DNA of 64,000 nucleotides from an uncultured Gammaproteobacteria bacterium (GCA_964394855.1 CAYMZD010000004.1:8316-72315), one strand, 5' to 3'; shown: positions 18,135 through 28,093, counted from the first letter of the stretch. Translations and numbers: made by a program. Notes: generated from the sequence alone by a model not told the origin.

Positions 18135-18562
18135 AAGCTATAATATTTGATTTTAATAGAACCTTATTTGATCCTGAATCAGATAAACTGATTGATGGTT
18201 GTAAGGATGTATTGAGAGCATTATCTAAGGATAGGACATTAGTCCTTATAAGTAACGCTGCTGACTCAAGGGAAGATCTTATTCATAAACTTGGTATTGG
18301 GGATTTCTTTAAGAAGATAATACTTACCAAACAGAAGAATAAGAATGATTTTATTAGTATATGTCAATCACTATCTATTAGTCCAAGTGAGGTAATGGTA
18401 GTAGGAGATAGAGTAAAAGGGGAAATCTCTATAGGGAATAGTTTGGGTATGACTACGGTTCAGTTCCTAAATGGAATTTTTGCTAATGAACTGCCGAGTG
18501 ATGAGATGGAAAAGCCCAAAATCATTATTACAAATTTAAAGGAGTTATTAAAATATGGCTAA
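18131..18562 (+). CDS. HAD-superfamily hydrolase
   Basis: Motif I IIFDFNRTLFD and motif IV VVGDRVKGE. Confidence 0.7.
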   Translation: MKAIIFDFNRTLFDPESDKLIDGCKDVLRALSKDRTLVLISNAADSREDLIHKLGIGDFFKKIILTKQKNKNDFISICQSLSISPSEVMVVGDRVKGEISIGNSLGMTTVQFLNGIFANELPSDEMEKPKIIITNLKELLKYG

Positions 18563-18998
18563 GTTTGGTGAAATTAAGAAATTTTTAGAAGAAAATACTG
18601 TCCAGTTTACAGTAATAGAGCTGGCTAGTATTGCACGCTCCGTTGAAGATGTAATGAAGCTATCTAATGGCCAGGTTAAAAGTGAGGAAGTTATTAAGAC
18701 TTTAATTGTTAAAAAAGGTGGGGAGTTCCAAGGTTTAGTTCTAAGAGGCGATGACCGCTTAAAGAACAATTTTATAGATAGGTTTGCTACCAAGGATGAA
18801 GTATTGTCTATTGCTGGAGTGGAGTTTGGGGCAGTTTGCCCTGTACTTTTAGGAATACCTATTATAATTGATAAAAAAGTAATGAATTTAAAAAGAGTAA
18901 ACATGGGATCAGGGGATTTATTAAAAGGAATAGATTTAAATTTAGAAGATTTGCTAAAAGTATTACCAAACTCTACAATTGAGGTGATATCTTTATGA
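18555..18998 (+). CDS. YbaK/ProX-like aminoacyl-tRNA trans-editing domain protein
   Basis: Size and conserved K/G pattern (KTLIVKKGGEF...GAVCP); it overlaps the neighbouring genes. Confidence 0.5.
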   Translation: MAKFGEIKKFLEENTVQFTVIELASIARSVEDVMKLSNGQVKSEEVIKTLIVKKGGEFQGLVLRGDDRLKNNFIDRFATKDEVLSIAGVEFGAVCPVLLGIPIIIDKKVMNLKRVNMGSGDLLKGIDLNLEDLLKVLPNSTIEVISL

Positions 18999-19990
18999 AA
19001 AGAATTTTAACTGGGGATAGGCCCACCTCTGATAGTTTTCATTTGGGAAACTATGTGGGGTCCTTGAAAAATAGGGTCAAGCTGCAGGATGAGTACGAGA
19101 CCTTTATTGAGGTAGTAGATCTTCATGCCTTAACAACTCATTTTGATAAAACTGCTGATTTGGAAAAAAATATCCGTGGTTTGATGCTCGGGTATTTGTC
19201 TGTGGGGTTGGATCCTAAAAAGGTTACATTTATTCTGCAGTCCAAAGTACCTGAAGTTTTGGAACTGGCATATTTTCTGGGAACTTTGACCTCCAGAGCA
19301 GTCTTGGAGCGCCAGCCGGCTTTAAAAGAAAAACTTGATCAGGGAGAACAAGATACCTTTGCTTTGTTTCAATATCCGGTTTTAATGGCGGCTGATATTC
19401 TGCTTCCTAAAGCCAATCTAGTGCCTGTAGGTAAAGACCAAAAAGCTCATGTGGAATATGCCAGAGACATTGCCATGAAATTTAATAGCACATATGGTGA
19501 AGTTTTTCCTATACCAGAACCATTGATAGGGGAAGTACCCACTCTTCCAGGTACAGACGGCAGGGGGAAAATGAGCAAATCCTTAAATAATGCCATTTTT
19601 TTGACTGACTCTCCTGAAGAAGTAGAAAAAAAGGTCATGAATATGTATACCGATCCCAAAAGAATCCACCCTAACGATCCGGGAACAGTTGAAGGAAATC
19701 CGGTCTTTGTTTATCTGGATGCATTTGGCACAGAAGGTGATAAAGCTCAAATTGCCAAATTCAGAGAGCTTTACACAAAGGGCCAAGTGGGAGATATTGA
19801 GGTCAAAAAGTATCTGGTATCCGTTTTAAATAATTTTCTGGATCCCATCCGCCAGAGGAGAGAAAAGTACGAGAAAGACCCCGAGCTTGTCGAACGGATT
19901 TTGCGTGAAGGCACTGCCAAAGCCCGTCTTGAGGCCCAAAAAACTCTACAAGAAGTTAAATCTGCCATGAAACTCGATTACTTCCCATAA
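18995..19990 (+). CDS. trpS: Tryptophan--tRNA ligase
   Basis: Class I motifs FHLGNYVG (HIGH-like) and KMSKS. Confidence 0.9.
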   Translation: MKRILTGDRPTSDSFHLGNYVGSLKNRVKLQDEYETFIEVVDLHALTTHFDKTADLEKNIRGLMLGYLSVGLDPKKVTFILQSKVPEVLELAYFLGTLTSRAVLERQPALKEKLDQGEQDTFALFQYPVLMAADILLPKANLVPVGKDQKAHVEYARDIAMKFNSTYGEVFPIPEPLIGEVPTLPGTDGRGKMSKSLNNAIFLTDSPEEVEKKVMNMYTDPKRIHPNDPGTVEGNPVFVYLDAFGTEGDKAQIAKFRELYTKGQVGDIEVKKYLVSVLNNFLDPIRQRREKYEKDPELVERILREGTAKARLEAQKTLQEVKSAMKLDYFP

Positions 19991-20017
19991 TCCTTATTCT
20001 CTGGTATAATTTCCATC

Positions 20018-21859
20018 ATGGCCAATGGAAAAAAGAAATTAAATCACAAACGTTTGTGGTCTATTACCAAAGGGGTGGCTATTTATGTTTTAATAGCCCT
20101 GGCTTCTTTAATCTTCTTTTATTCATTTGCAGGTCCACCTCAACCCCAAAACCAAGTGCCAATCTCCCAAATAATTCAGGATATTAAAGATAAAAAGATA
20201 GACAAGATCATCCTGGAGGGGGATAAAATTCAGGCCAAATTAAAAGATGCTGATGAGAAGATAGTTTCCCGGAAAGAAGAAGGGGAATCAATTTATAAAA
20301 TTCTGGAAAGTTCTGGAGTTGATCCCAAGGAAGTGACCATTGAGGTCAAAGATATTTCCATGCAGCAAGCTTGGGTAAATATCTTAGGAGCTTTTTTACC
20401 AGTGATTTTAATGGTGGTACTTTTTTTCTTCATTTTCCGCCAAGCCAGAGAAGGAGCCCAGGGCATTTTTTCCTTTGCCCAGAGCCGTGCCAAGCTTTTT
20501 ACTAAAGATGCCCCTCAAATTAAATTTGGCGATGTGGCAGGAGCAGAGGAGGCCAAAAAAGAGCTTTCAGAAGTGGTAGATTTTCTAAAAAGTCCGCAAA
20601 AATATAAAGACATCGGGGCCAGAATTCCCAAGGGAGTACTTTTAGTTGGTCCTCCGGGTACAGGTAAAACCCTCTTGTCAAGAGCGGTGGCCGGCGAGGC
20701 CAATGTACCATTTTTCTCCATTGCCGGTTCAGAATTTATGGAAATGCTAGTGGGAGTGGGAGCAGCCAGAGTTCGCGATATGTTTTCCCAAGCCAAAAAA
20801 AGCGCTCCGGCCATTATTTTCATTGACGAGATTGAATCAATCGGCAGGATGCGTGGTTTTGGCATTTCCGGCGGGCATGATGAAAGAGAACAGACCTTAA
20901 ATCAAATCTTGGTGGAGATGGATGGTTTCGCTCCCAATGATCATGTGATTGTCGTCGGTGCCACTAATCGCCCTGATTTATTGGATCCGGCCCTAATTCG
21001 ACCAGGCAGATTTGATAGACGGGTGATTTTAAATATGCCTGATATAGAAGAGCGAAAGGCCATTATTGAATTGCACATGAAGGGTAAACCATTTACTAGG
21101 GAAGTTGATGTTGAAAGATTGGCCAGGCGAACTGTGGGTTTTTCCGGAGCGGATTTGGCCAATATGTTAAATGAGGCTGCCATTTTGGCTGCGCGCGAGG
21201 CTAAAAAAGCGATAGACCCCAGAGATCTGGAAGAGGCGGCCACCAAAGTTAAACTGGGGCCGCAGCGAAAAAGAATGCAAACGGAAAATGATAGGAAGCT
21301 TTCCGCCTATCATGAGGCTGGTCATGCCATAGTGGGACATCACTTACCTTTAGTTGATCCGGTCCATCGCATTTCCATAGTATCGCGCGGCATGACCGGG
21401 GGACACACCATGTTTCCCCCCACTGAAGATCGCTCTAATGAGACAAAATCGCGCCTCACACAGCAAATTACCACTGCCTTGGGAGGAAGAGCAGCAGAAG
21501 AGATGGTTTTTAGTGATATTTCAACCGGAGCGGCCAGTGATATTGAGATAGCCACCGGTATTGCCAGGGAAATGGTGGCGGAATATGGCATGTCCAGTTT
21601 AGGACCAATTAATATCAAACCTCGTTCTATGTTTGGTCTTTGGCCTACCATGGGGGAAGAAGGTGGCGGGGTTTCCCAGACCATGCAAACAAAAATTGAT
21701 ATGGAAGTTAAAAAAATTATTGACTCTTGTTACAAACAAGCTCAAGAGATTTTGCATAAAAATAAGGCCAAACTTGATAAAGTGGCCAAGGCCCTTTTGG
21801 GAAAAGAAACTTTAGATACGGATGAATTTGAAAAACTTATTGGGAAGAAGAAAACTTGA
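20018..21859 (+). CDS. ftsH: ATP-dependent zinc metalloprotease FtsH
   Basis: N-terminal TM region, Walker A GPPGTGKT, SRH region, zinc motif HEAGHA. TGGTATAAT box 7 nt upstream of the ATG. Confidence 0.95.
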   Translation: MANGKKKLNHKRLWSITKGVAIYVLIALASLIFFYSFAGPPQPQNQVPISQIIQDIKDKKIDKIILEGDKIQAKLKDADEKIVSRKEEGESIYKILESSGVDPKEVTIEVKDISMQQAWVNILGAFLPVILMVVLFFFIFRQAREGAQGIFSFAQSRAKLFTKDAPQIKFGDVAGAEEAKKELSEVVDFLKSPQKYKDIGARIPKGVLLVGPPGTGKTLLSRAVAGEANVPFFSIAGSEFMEMLVGVGAARVRDMFSQAKKSAPAIIFIDEIESIGRMRGFGISGGHDEREQTLNQILVEMDGFAPNDHVIVVGATNRPDLLDPALIRPGRFDRRVILNMPDIEERKAIIELHMKGKPFTREVDVERLARRTVGFSGADLANMLNEAAILAAREAKKAIDPRDLEEAATKVKLGPQRKRMQTENDRKLSAYHEAGHAIVGHHLPLVDPVHRISIVSRGMTGGHTMFPPTEDRSNETKSRLTQQITTALGGRAAEEMVFSDISTGAASDIEIATGIAREMVAEYGMSSLGPINIKPRSMFGLWPTMGEEGGGVSQTMQTKIDMEVKKIIDSCYKQAQEILHKNKAKLDKVAKALLGKETLDTDEFEKLIGKKKT

Positions 21860-21893
21860 CTTTTGAGAAGATCTAGCAGTAAGATAATCTTGC

Positions 21894-22664
21894 ATGCGCG
21901 TAACTTGGATTTTGGCAATTTTAGCTCTCTCTGCAATCTTTCTTTCAGGCTGTAATACTGTTTTTGCCGCGTCAAACGCCCAAGAAGATTTAACCTCTGG
22001 TTTAACCCTGGATGAAGCTGGGGCAGTGGAAATTGGTGAATCTTTAATTTATCCATCTTCACCTTTGTATTTTCTAAAAGGTATCAGAGAGCGGATTGAA
22101 CTAATGTTAAGTAGTAATAATAAAGCTAAGGCTCAAAGAGAGTTGGAGTTTGCTCAAAGGCGCCTTCGGGAAGTAAGAGCTTTAATCAAACACCAAAGGC
22201 AGGATTTAATTGACTCCACCCTAGAACGTTATAAAGCTTCATTAAACGAGGCCAGAAGTTTATCTGCCCCAGATTCTAGTCTGCAACTGCCAGTGGGGGA
22301 GGCTATTTCGCGGCATTTGGATGTGTTGCAAAGAGTCCATGACCAAGTGGGAAACCCCAGAGCTAAACAGGCCATCAGAGCAGCGCTAGAAAGGGGAATG
22401 GAGCATTTGCAAACCATGCAAAAGCGTTTGGATTTAGTGCAGCAACAAGAACTAATTCGCAAAACAGCTTTGCGCCAAGCTCTAGCTTGTAATTTGCTAG
22501 CTAGGGAAGCTTCCAATTCTGGATTAACTGATACAGACAGAGTTTATCTGACACAAAAAGTCAAAGATTGCCAGCAAAATATCAGAGAAAATCTAAAAGA
22601 TGAGCTGATGGAACTGCGGGATATGAAAAAACAACTCCGCCCTGCCACACAATCTGCCAAATAA
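21894..22664 (+). CDS. Secreted coiled-coil hypothetical protein
   Basis: Signal peptide with a lipobox-like LSGC; Q/R/L-rich helices. Confidence 0.45.
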   Translation: MRVTWILAILALSAIFLSGCNTVFAASNAQEDLTSGLTLDEAGAVEIGESLIYPSSPLYFLKGIRERIELMLSSNNKAKAQRELEFAQRRLREVRALIKHQRQDLIDSTLERYKASLNEARSLSAPDSSLQLPVGEAISRHLDVLQRVHDQVGNPRAKQAIRAALERGMEHLQTMQKRLDLVQQQELIRKTALRQALACNLLAREASNSGLTDTDRVYLTQKVKDCQQNIRENLKDELMELRDMKKQLRPATQSAK

Positions 22665-22688
22665 TCCCAAATCTGTTACAATTTGGGT

Positions 22689-24815
22689 GTGAAACTATTA
22701 GTTTTGATTGATGGTAATGCCCTGCTCTATCGTGCCTACCATGCCCTTCCTCCCATGACTACTAGAAAAGGCGAACTGGTTAATGGGGTTTATGGCTTTA
22801 CCTCGATGATTTTAAAAGCTTCCCAGGATTTGCGGCCGGATTATTGGGCCATTGCCTGGGATGAAAAAGGACCCACTTTCCGCCACCAAGCTTACAGTCA
22901 ATATAAAGCCACCAGAGCAGCAGTTGATCAGGCCTTAGATTTGCAATATAAAAGGGTTCACCAAGTTGTCCAGGCCTTTAATATTCCCGAGTTTTCTCTC
23001 AAAGGCTTCGAGGCAGATGATTTAATAGGAACTTTGGTAAAACAAGTCCCCCGATTAGATTCGTCCCGATTGAATCGGGATCGGGGTCTAGAAACAGTTG
23101 TAATAACAGGAGACAGGGATATCATGCAAATTATTGATAAAAATACCAAAGTGTTAATGCCGCGAAAAACCATTAATGATGTGGGGTTATACGGGGAAGA
23201 AGAATTTGTTGCGAGATTTGGCTTTAAACCTAAATATTTGATTGATTTTAAAGCTCTGGCAGGGGATGCATCTGATAATATTCCTGGAGTTGCTGGAGTG
23301 GGAGAGAAAACAGCCACGGACTTGATATTGAAATTTGGTCCTATCGAGAATATCTACAAACTAAAGAATTTAAAAACTTTGCCGGAGAGGATGCAAAAGC
23401 TTCTGGCAGAAGGAGCAGAAGATGCAGTGATGAGCAAAAAATTAGCCACCTTGGACCAAGATGCACCAACTAAGCTGGATTTGGCAAAATGTCAGGTTCA
23501 CGATTTTGATAAAAATGAGGTTGTTAAATTATTTGAGGAGCTGGAATTTAAGAGTTTATTTGCTAGGTTGTCTGGCCAGGCTTCAGTCAGTACCCCTGCT
23601 ACAGACTTAGACTTAGAAGTTGAACCCATTTTACAGAAAATGAGCAAAGCCGGAGTTTTAATTGACCTTAAATTTTTAAACAAGATGGGAAAAAAGTTAA
23701 AAGACAGACTTGTTAAACTTGAACAAGAAATTTACTCATATATAGGTCATCAGATTAATCTAAATAGCCCCAAACAACTACAAATTGTGCTTTTTGATGA
23801 ACTGAAACTGCCTGTTTTTAAAAAAACCAAAACCGGTCGATCAACTGATGAGGAAACCTTGCATGAACTTATCAGTGCTCATCCAGTGGTTCCCTTGCTT
23901 TTAGAATATCGACAACTTTTTAAACTGATTTCCACTTATATCGATGCTCTACCTAAATCCGTGGGTAGTGATGGCCGAGTGCATTCCACTTTTAATGTGG
24001 AAGGTGCAGCCACCGGCAGAATCAGCTCACAAGATCCTAATTTACAAAATATTCCTGTTCGGGGAGAATTAGGTGGTGAAGTGAGAAAAGCCTTTGTGGC
24101 TCCCAAAGGCAAAGTTTTACTGGCAGCAGATTATTCCCAAATTGAGCTGCGGATTATGGCCCATTTGGCTGATGATCCGGGTTTGAGAAAAGCTTTTGAA
24201 GAAGGTTTGGATATCCATGCTGCTACTGCAGCCAAGATTTTTAATGTAGCGGTTGAAAAGGTGACCAAAGAGCAAAGAGGGGTGGGTAAAACCATGAACT
24301 TTGCCACTTTGTACGGCCAGGGTCCGCATGCTTTGTCCCGCCAATTAAAAGTGCCTTTTGAAATAGCCAGATCATATATTGAGGAATATTTTGCCCAGTT
24401 TCCCAAAATTCAGGAATGGATGCAGAAAACTTTGGAGGCAGGGTTGCAACATGGATATGTTGAGACTTTAATGGGGAGAATTAGATATATTCCCGAGCTG
24501 AAAGCGGAAAATAGAATGATTCGCTCGGCTGGGGAACGGGCAGCTGTAAATATGCCTGTGCAGGGAAGTGCAGCTGATATGATTAAAAAAGCCATGGTGG
24601 AAATTGATAAGGAACTAGGTTCCTGCACCATGATTCTCCAGGTTCATGATGAGTTGTTATTTGAATGTGATGGTTCGGCAGGCTCACCACAAGTCCGAAA
24701 ACTGGCCTTGATGGTCAAGGACAAAATGGAAAAGGCTTTAAAGTTATCCGTACCAGTGGTGGTGGATCTGAAAGTCGGTCCCAACTGGGGAGAAATGGAA
24801 CAGCTTAAAGCATAA
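22689..24815 (+). CDS. polA: DNA polymerase I, compact form (5'-3' exonuclease domain plus polymerase domain, no proofreading domain evident)
   Basis: N-terminal LVLIDGNALLYRAYHA; motif A DYSQIELRIMAHL; motif C QVHDEL. Probable GTG start 6 nt after a TACAAT box. Confidence 0.9.
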   Translation: MKLLVLIDGNALLYRAYHALPPMTTRKGELVNGVYGFTSMILKASQDLRPDYWAIAWDEKGPTFRHQAYSQYKATRAAVDQALDLQYKRVHQVVQAFNIPEFSLKGFEADDLIGTLVKQVPRLDSSRLNRDRGLETVVITGDRDIMQIIDKNTKVLMPRKTINDVGLYGEEEFVARFGFKPKYLIDFKALAGDASDNIPGVAGVGEKTATDLILKFGPIENIYKLKNLKTLPERMQKLLAEGAEDAVMSKKLATLDQDAPTKLDLAKCQVHDFDKNEVVKLFEELEFKSLFARLSGQASVSTPATDLDLEVEPILQKMSKAGVLIDLKFLNKMGKKLKDRLVKLEQEIYSYIGHQINLNSPKQLQIVLFDELKLPVFKKTKTGRSTDEETLHELISAHPVVPLLLEYRQLFKLISTYIDALPKSVGSDGRVHSTFNVEGAATGRISSQDPNLQNIPVRGELGGEVRKAFVAPKGKVLLAADYSQIELRIMAHLADDPGLRKAFEEGLDIHAATAAKIFNVAVEKVTKEQRGVGKTMNFATLYGQGPHALSRQLKVPFEIARSYIEEYFAQFPKIQEWMQKTLEAGLQHGYVETLMGRIRYIPELKAENRMIRSAGERAAVNMPVQGSAADMIKKAMVEIDKELGSCTMILQVHDELLFECDGSAGSPQVRKLALMVKDKMEKALKLSVPVVVDLKVGPNWGEMEQLKA

Positions 24816-24923
24816 ATTTTTTATGAAAAGTTTTATGGGAAGAAAAATTTAATGGTAAGATAGCAGTGGTTGGTATTTTTTATATGAGGTTATTCGCCAA
24901 AAAGAGGGGTATATAATTAAATT

Positions 24924-25577
24924 ATGATAATTAAAAAATATCCTCAATCACATTTGATTATTACAGGAAATTCCACCAAACTTATTATTGACCCTGGTTC
25001 AATTACTTTTAGTGGTGGTTTTAAACCGGAGGAGTTCCAGGGAGCAGATGCTTATTTATTTACCCACACCCACCAGGACCATTTGGATACTAACACTGTT
25101 AAACAGGTGGTGGGAGAAAAGCCATGTTTTGGAAATGCTGATGTGGTTAGAGTATTTCGTGAGTTGGGATTAAATGCTACCCAGATCCATGATAGGGATA
25201 AATTTTCAGTAGGTGGGTTTGAGATAACTCCTGTTGATTTACCCCATTGCAAGATGCAGGATGGCACGGATGGTCCACCCAATACCGGTTTTTTAATTAA
25301 CCCCGATTTAATCGGGGTAAACGGAGTTTTGTTCCATCCGGGAGATGGAGACGAAGCTCCGGCCGGTTTGACTTCACAAAATGTGGCTTTGCCTATTGCC
25401 GGACCCACCATTACTATGGAGGGAGCATTGCAGTTTGCCAAGGATTTACAGGCCAAAGTGGTTGTGCCCATTCATTATGACTTTTTTAAGGCTGATCCTA
25501 ATGAATTTAAAAATATGGCAGCGCCTTTTGGCATTGAAGTTCGCCCCCTGGCTCCTGGTGAAGAAACAGAAATTTAG
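24924..25577 (+). CDS. MBL-fold metallo-hydrolase
   Basis: Motif HTHQDHLD. Confidence 0.8.
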   Translation: MIIKKYPQSHLIITGNSTKLIIDPGSITFSGGFKPEEFQGADAYLFTHTHQDHLDTNTVKQVVGEKPCFGNADVVRVFRELGLNATQIHDRDKFSVGGFEITPVDLPHCKMQDGTDGPPNTGFLINPDLIGVNGVLFHPGDGDEAPAGLTSQNVALPIAGPTITMEGALQFAKDLQAKVVVPIHYDFFKADPNEFKNMAAPFGIEVRPLAPGEETEI

Positions 25578-26044
25578 GCCTCTCTTTCTTTGGAAGAATA
25601 AGATGTGCCACTCTCTACCAGTTTAAATATTTCCCCTGGATCTTCTGTTTCTATTGCATGGATACCATAACGAAAAGCCTCAATGGGATTCAATTGGGCA
25701 ATTAATTCGGTGACCTCCCTGGCTAATTCTTGGGCAGGAATTGTGCCACTCTCCCTAGATATGATTCCTCGTACCCCTTGCATTATCCGATGAATTTCCC
25801 ACAAGGTTAATCTTGGACAAAATTGCTCAATACTTGCCTGGTATTGCTGCGGGTCAAATCGTCTTTTCTGGCCATCTGTTCCCACCAGTAAATCAATAGG
25901 TTCAGGTTTTTCGATAGTTGGGGAATTTAAACCACATTCATGGCATTTACGATAGCGGCGAAGGGTTCCATTGGGCAGATGAACTGTTTGCTGAACTCTG
26001 TTTGTTGTAATTGTAAAGCCCGTGTGCCCACAGAGTAATTGTAT
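25574..26044 (-). CDS. nrdR: NrdR-like transcriptional repressor (zinc ribbon plus ATP-cone) with a non-canonical start
   Basis: The reverse-complement frame is open from ~26047. The zinc ribbon LLCGHTGFTITTNR...RRYRKCHECG has only three Cys. The ATP-cone reads LLVGTDGQKRRFDPQQYQASIEQ. No ATG, GTG or TTG occurs before codon ~54, and the first codon is ATA. Total length ~158 codons matches NrdR. Confidence 0.55.
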   Translation of the reverse strand: MQLLCGHTGFTITTNRVQQTVHLPNGTLRRYRKCHECGLNSPTIEKPEPIDLLVGTDGQKRRFDPQQYQASIEQFCPRLTLWEIHRIMQGVRGIISRESGTIPAQELAREVTELIAQLNPIEAFRYGIHAIETEDPGEIFKLVESGTSYSSKEREA

Positions 26045-26051
26045 GCCTTAA

Positions 26052-26079
26052 ATTATACTTAAAATTCTGTTAAAATCAA
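26052..26079 (-). promoter_or_regulatory. Sigma70-like promoter for the nrdR-like gene (TTGATT-N16-TATAAT, minus strand)
   Basis: Consensus-like -35 and -10 boxes; the predicted TSS coincides with the first codon of the NrdR frame, implying a leaderless transcript. Confidence 0.45.
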
Positions 26080-26082
26080 GTC

Positions 26083-27201
26083 ATGAAGGTGGCATTAGTT
26101 CACGACTATTTAAGGGAATATGGGGGAGCAGAGCGGGTATTGGAGGCTTTGCATGAGATTTGGCCTAAAGCTCCAGTTTATGTGGCTTACTACAACCCGG
26201 CCGCTTTAGGTTCACAAGGTCGGGCCTTGCGAGGCTGGGATATCAGAACTTCTTGGTTACAAAAAATTCCTTTTGCCAATAAATTAATTTCCCCTCTTCG
26301 AATTCTGGCCCCAATGATTTTTGAAAGTTTTGACCTGTCACAATATGATCTGGTAATTTCTTCCTGCAATGTTTATTTTTCCAAAGCCGTGATAGTCAAG
26401 CCCGAAGCCTTGCACATCAGTTATATTCATACCCCCCCGCGTTATCTTTATGGCTATACCACCTCTTTTAATTATAAAAAACACTGGTGGACCAGGATAG
26501 GAGGGGAGATAATTAATCATTTTTTAAGAATTTATGATTTTGAAACTTCCCAGCGGCCGGATATTTTGGTGGCCAATTCCAAAAATGTTCAAGCTAGAAT
26601 AAAAAAGTTTTATAGAAGGGATGCAGAAGTGATTTATCCGCCAGTGGAAATTAAGAAATTCGAAATTCCCGCCAAAGGCGAGGCTCGCCAGAGGCAAGGA
26701 TATTTTCTGACGGTTGGGAGGTTGGTTAGGGGAAAGGGAATAGATATCGTTATTGAAGCTTGTGGCAGATTAGGATTATCTTTGAAAGTAGTTGGCACAG
26801 GACCTGAAAAAGAGAATTTAGAATCAAGCATTAAGAATAAAGCTTTAAAAAATATAGAGTTTTTGGGACAAGTTAGTGATGAAGAATTGGCTAAACTTTA
26901 TGCCGGGGCCAAGGCTACTATTGTGGCCTCGGAAGATGAAGATTTTGGCATTGTACCAGTGGAGTCAATGGCGGCCGGAACTCCGGTGATTGCCCCTAAA
27001 TACGGAGGCTATCTGGAAACTGTCATTGATGGGAAAACAGGGATATTATATGAAGCAGGTGAACTGATAGAGGCTATTAAAAAGTTTGAAAAGATAGTTT
27101 TTAAACCAGCAGATTGCCAAAACCAAGCTGAAAAATTTTCTAAAGAAAGATTTAAAAAAGAAATCTTAGATTTGGTTAAGGAGAATGTAAAAGATGCCTG
27201 A
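26083..27201 (+). CDS. GT4-family glycosyltransferase
   Basis: Motif EDFGIVPVESMAAGTPVIA (GT-B, EX7E-like). Confidence 0.85.
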   Translation: MKVALVHDYLREYGGAERVLEALHEIWPKAPVYVAYYNPAALGSQGRALRGWDIRTSWLQKIPFANKLISPLRILAPMIFESFDLSQYDLVISSCNVYFSKAVIVKPEALHISYIHTPPRYLYGYTTSFNYKKHWWTRIGGEIINHFLRIYDFETSQRPDILVANSKNVQARIKKFYRRDAEVIYPPVEIKKFEIPAKGEARQRQGYFLTVGRLVRGKGIDIVIEACGRLGLSLKVVGTGPEKENLESSIKNKALKNIEFLGQVSDEELAKLYAGAKATIVASEDEDFGIVPVESMAAGTPVIAPKYGGYLETVIDGKTGILYEAGELIEAIKKFEKIVFKPADCQNQAEKFSKERFKKEILDLVKENVKDA

Positions 27202-28075
27202 ATTACCTGAAGTAGAGACAATTAAATTAGTTCTCCAAAGGAGAATAGTTGGGAAAACTATTAAAGATATTCAAGTTCTATCTTCGAAATCTTTCATAGG
27301 TCAACCACAAGATATAAAAGATAAAAAAATACTTAAAATTTGGAGAAGAGCTAAGTTATTGGGAATTGATTTGAGTTCAGATAAAACCCTTCTTTTTCAT
27401 TTAAAAATGACTGGACAGTTGATCCATGAGGATGGGAAAAGGCCCGCCTTGCCCGACGCAAGTCGAGGCAGGTTTATTGGTGGGCATCCCACAGAAGATA
27501 TGAAGGGTCCCATGCCCAATTCTCATACACGAGTGATTTTTACTTTTTCGAGTGGATCAAAGCTTTATTTTAATGACCAGCGCCGCTTTGGCTGGATAAA
27601 AGTAAGTGACAAGGGAAAAATGGTAAGTGATAAATCATTAATAAATTTGGGACCAGAACCCTTGGAGAAAAATTTTACTTGGGAAGTTCTAAAGATAAAT
27701 TTGTTAAAGCATAAATCCATGCCAATTAAAGCGGCCATTATGGATCAGTCCGTGATTTCCGGGGTAGGCAATATTTATGCATCAGAGGCCTGTTTTGCCG
27801 CCAAAATCGACCCTCGCAGAAAAGTAAGTAATTTATCTGATAAAAAGTTCCGAAGTCTATTTTGGGGCATCAGAAAGGCTTTAAAGAAGGGAATTAAGTA
27901 TGGGGGATCTACCCGGGCGCATTTTGTGGACCCAGAGGGTCACAAAGGTTATTTTCTAGACTATGCCTTTGTTTACGGCCGCGATAAACACTCCTGTAAA
28001 GTTTGCCAAAGCGAAATTAAAAAAATCTCTCTAGGGGGCCGGGGAACATATTATTGCCCCAAATGCCAAAAATAA
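27194..28075 (+). CDS. mutM: Formamidopyrimidine-DNA glycosylase
   Basis: N-terminal MPELPEVET; C-terminal zinc finger CKVCQSEIKKISLGGRGTYYCPKCQK. Confidence 0.9.
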   Translation: MPELPEVETIKLVLQRRIVGKTIKDIQVLSSKSFIGQPQDIKDKKILKIWRRAKLLGIDLSSDKTLLFHLKMTGQLIHEDGKRPALPDASRGRFIGGHPTEDMKGPMPNSHTRVIFTFSSGSKLYFNDQRRFGWIKVSDKGKMVSDKSLINLGPEPLEKNFTWEVLKINLLKHKSMPIKAAIMDQSVISGVGNIYASEACFAAKIDPRRKVSNLSDKKFRSLFWGIRKALKKGIKYGGSTRAHFVDPEGHKGYFLDYAFVYGRDKHSCKVCQSEIKKISLGGRGTYYCPKCQK

Positions 28076-28085
28076 TTGATATAAT
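28037..28085 (+). repeat. Direct repeat copy 1 (fpg 3' end, ending in TTGATATAAT)
   Basis: A 32-bp core is identical to 29198-29229, and the similarity extends to ~49 bp. Confidence 0.8.
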
Positions 28086-28093
28086 AAGCTTGT

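Noticed and set aside
20293-21684. Several minus-strand ORFs inside ftsH
   Set aside because: They are antisense to the highly conserved ftsH coding sequence.
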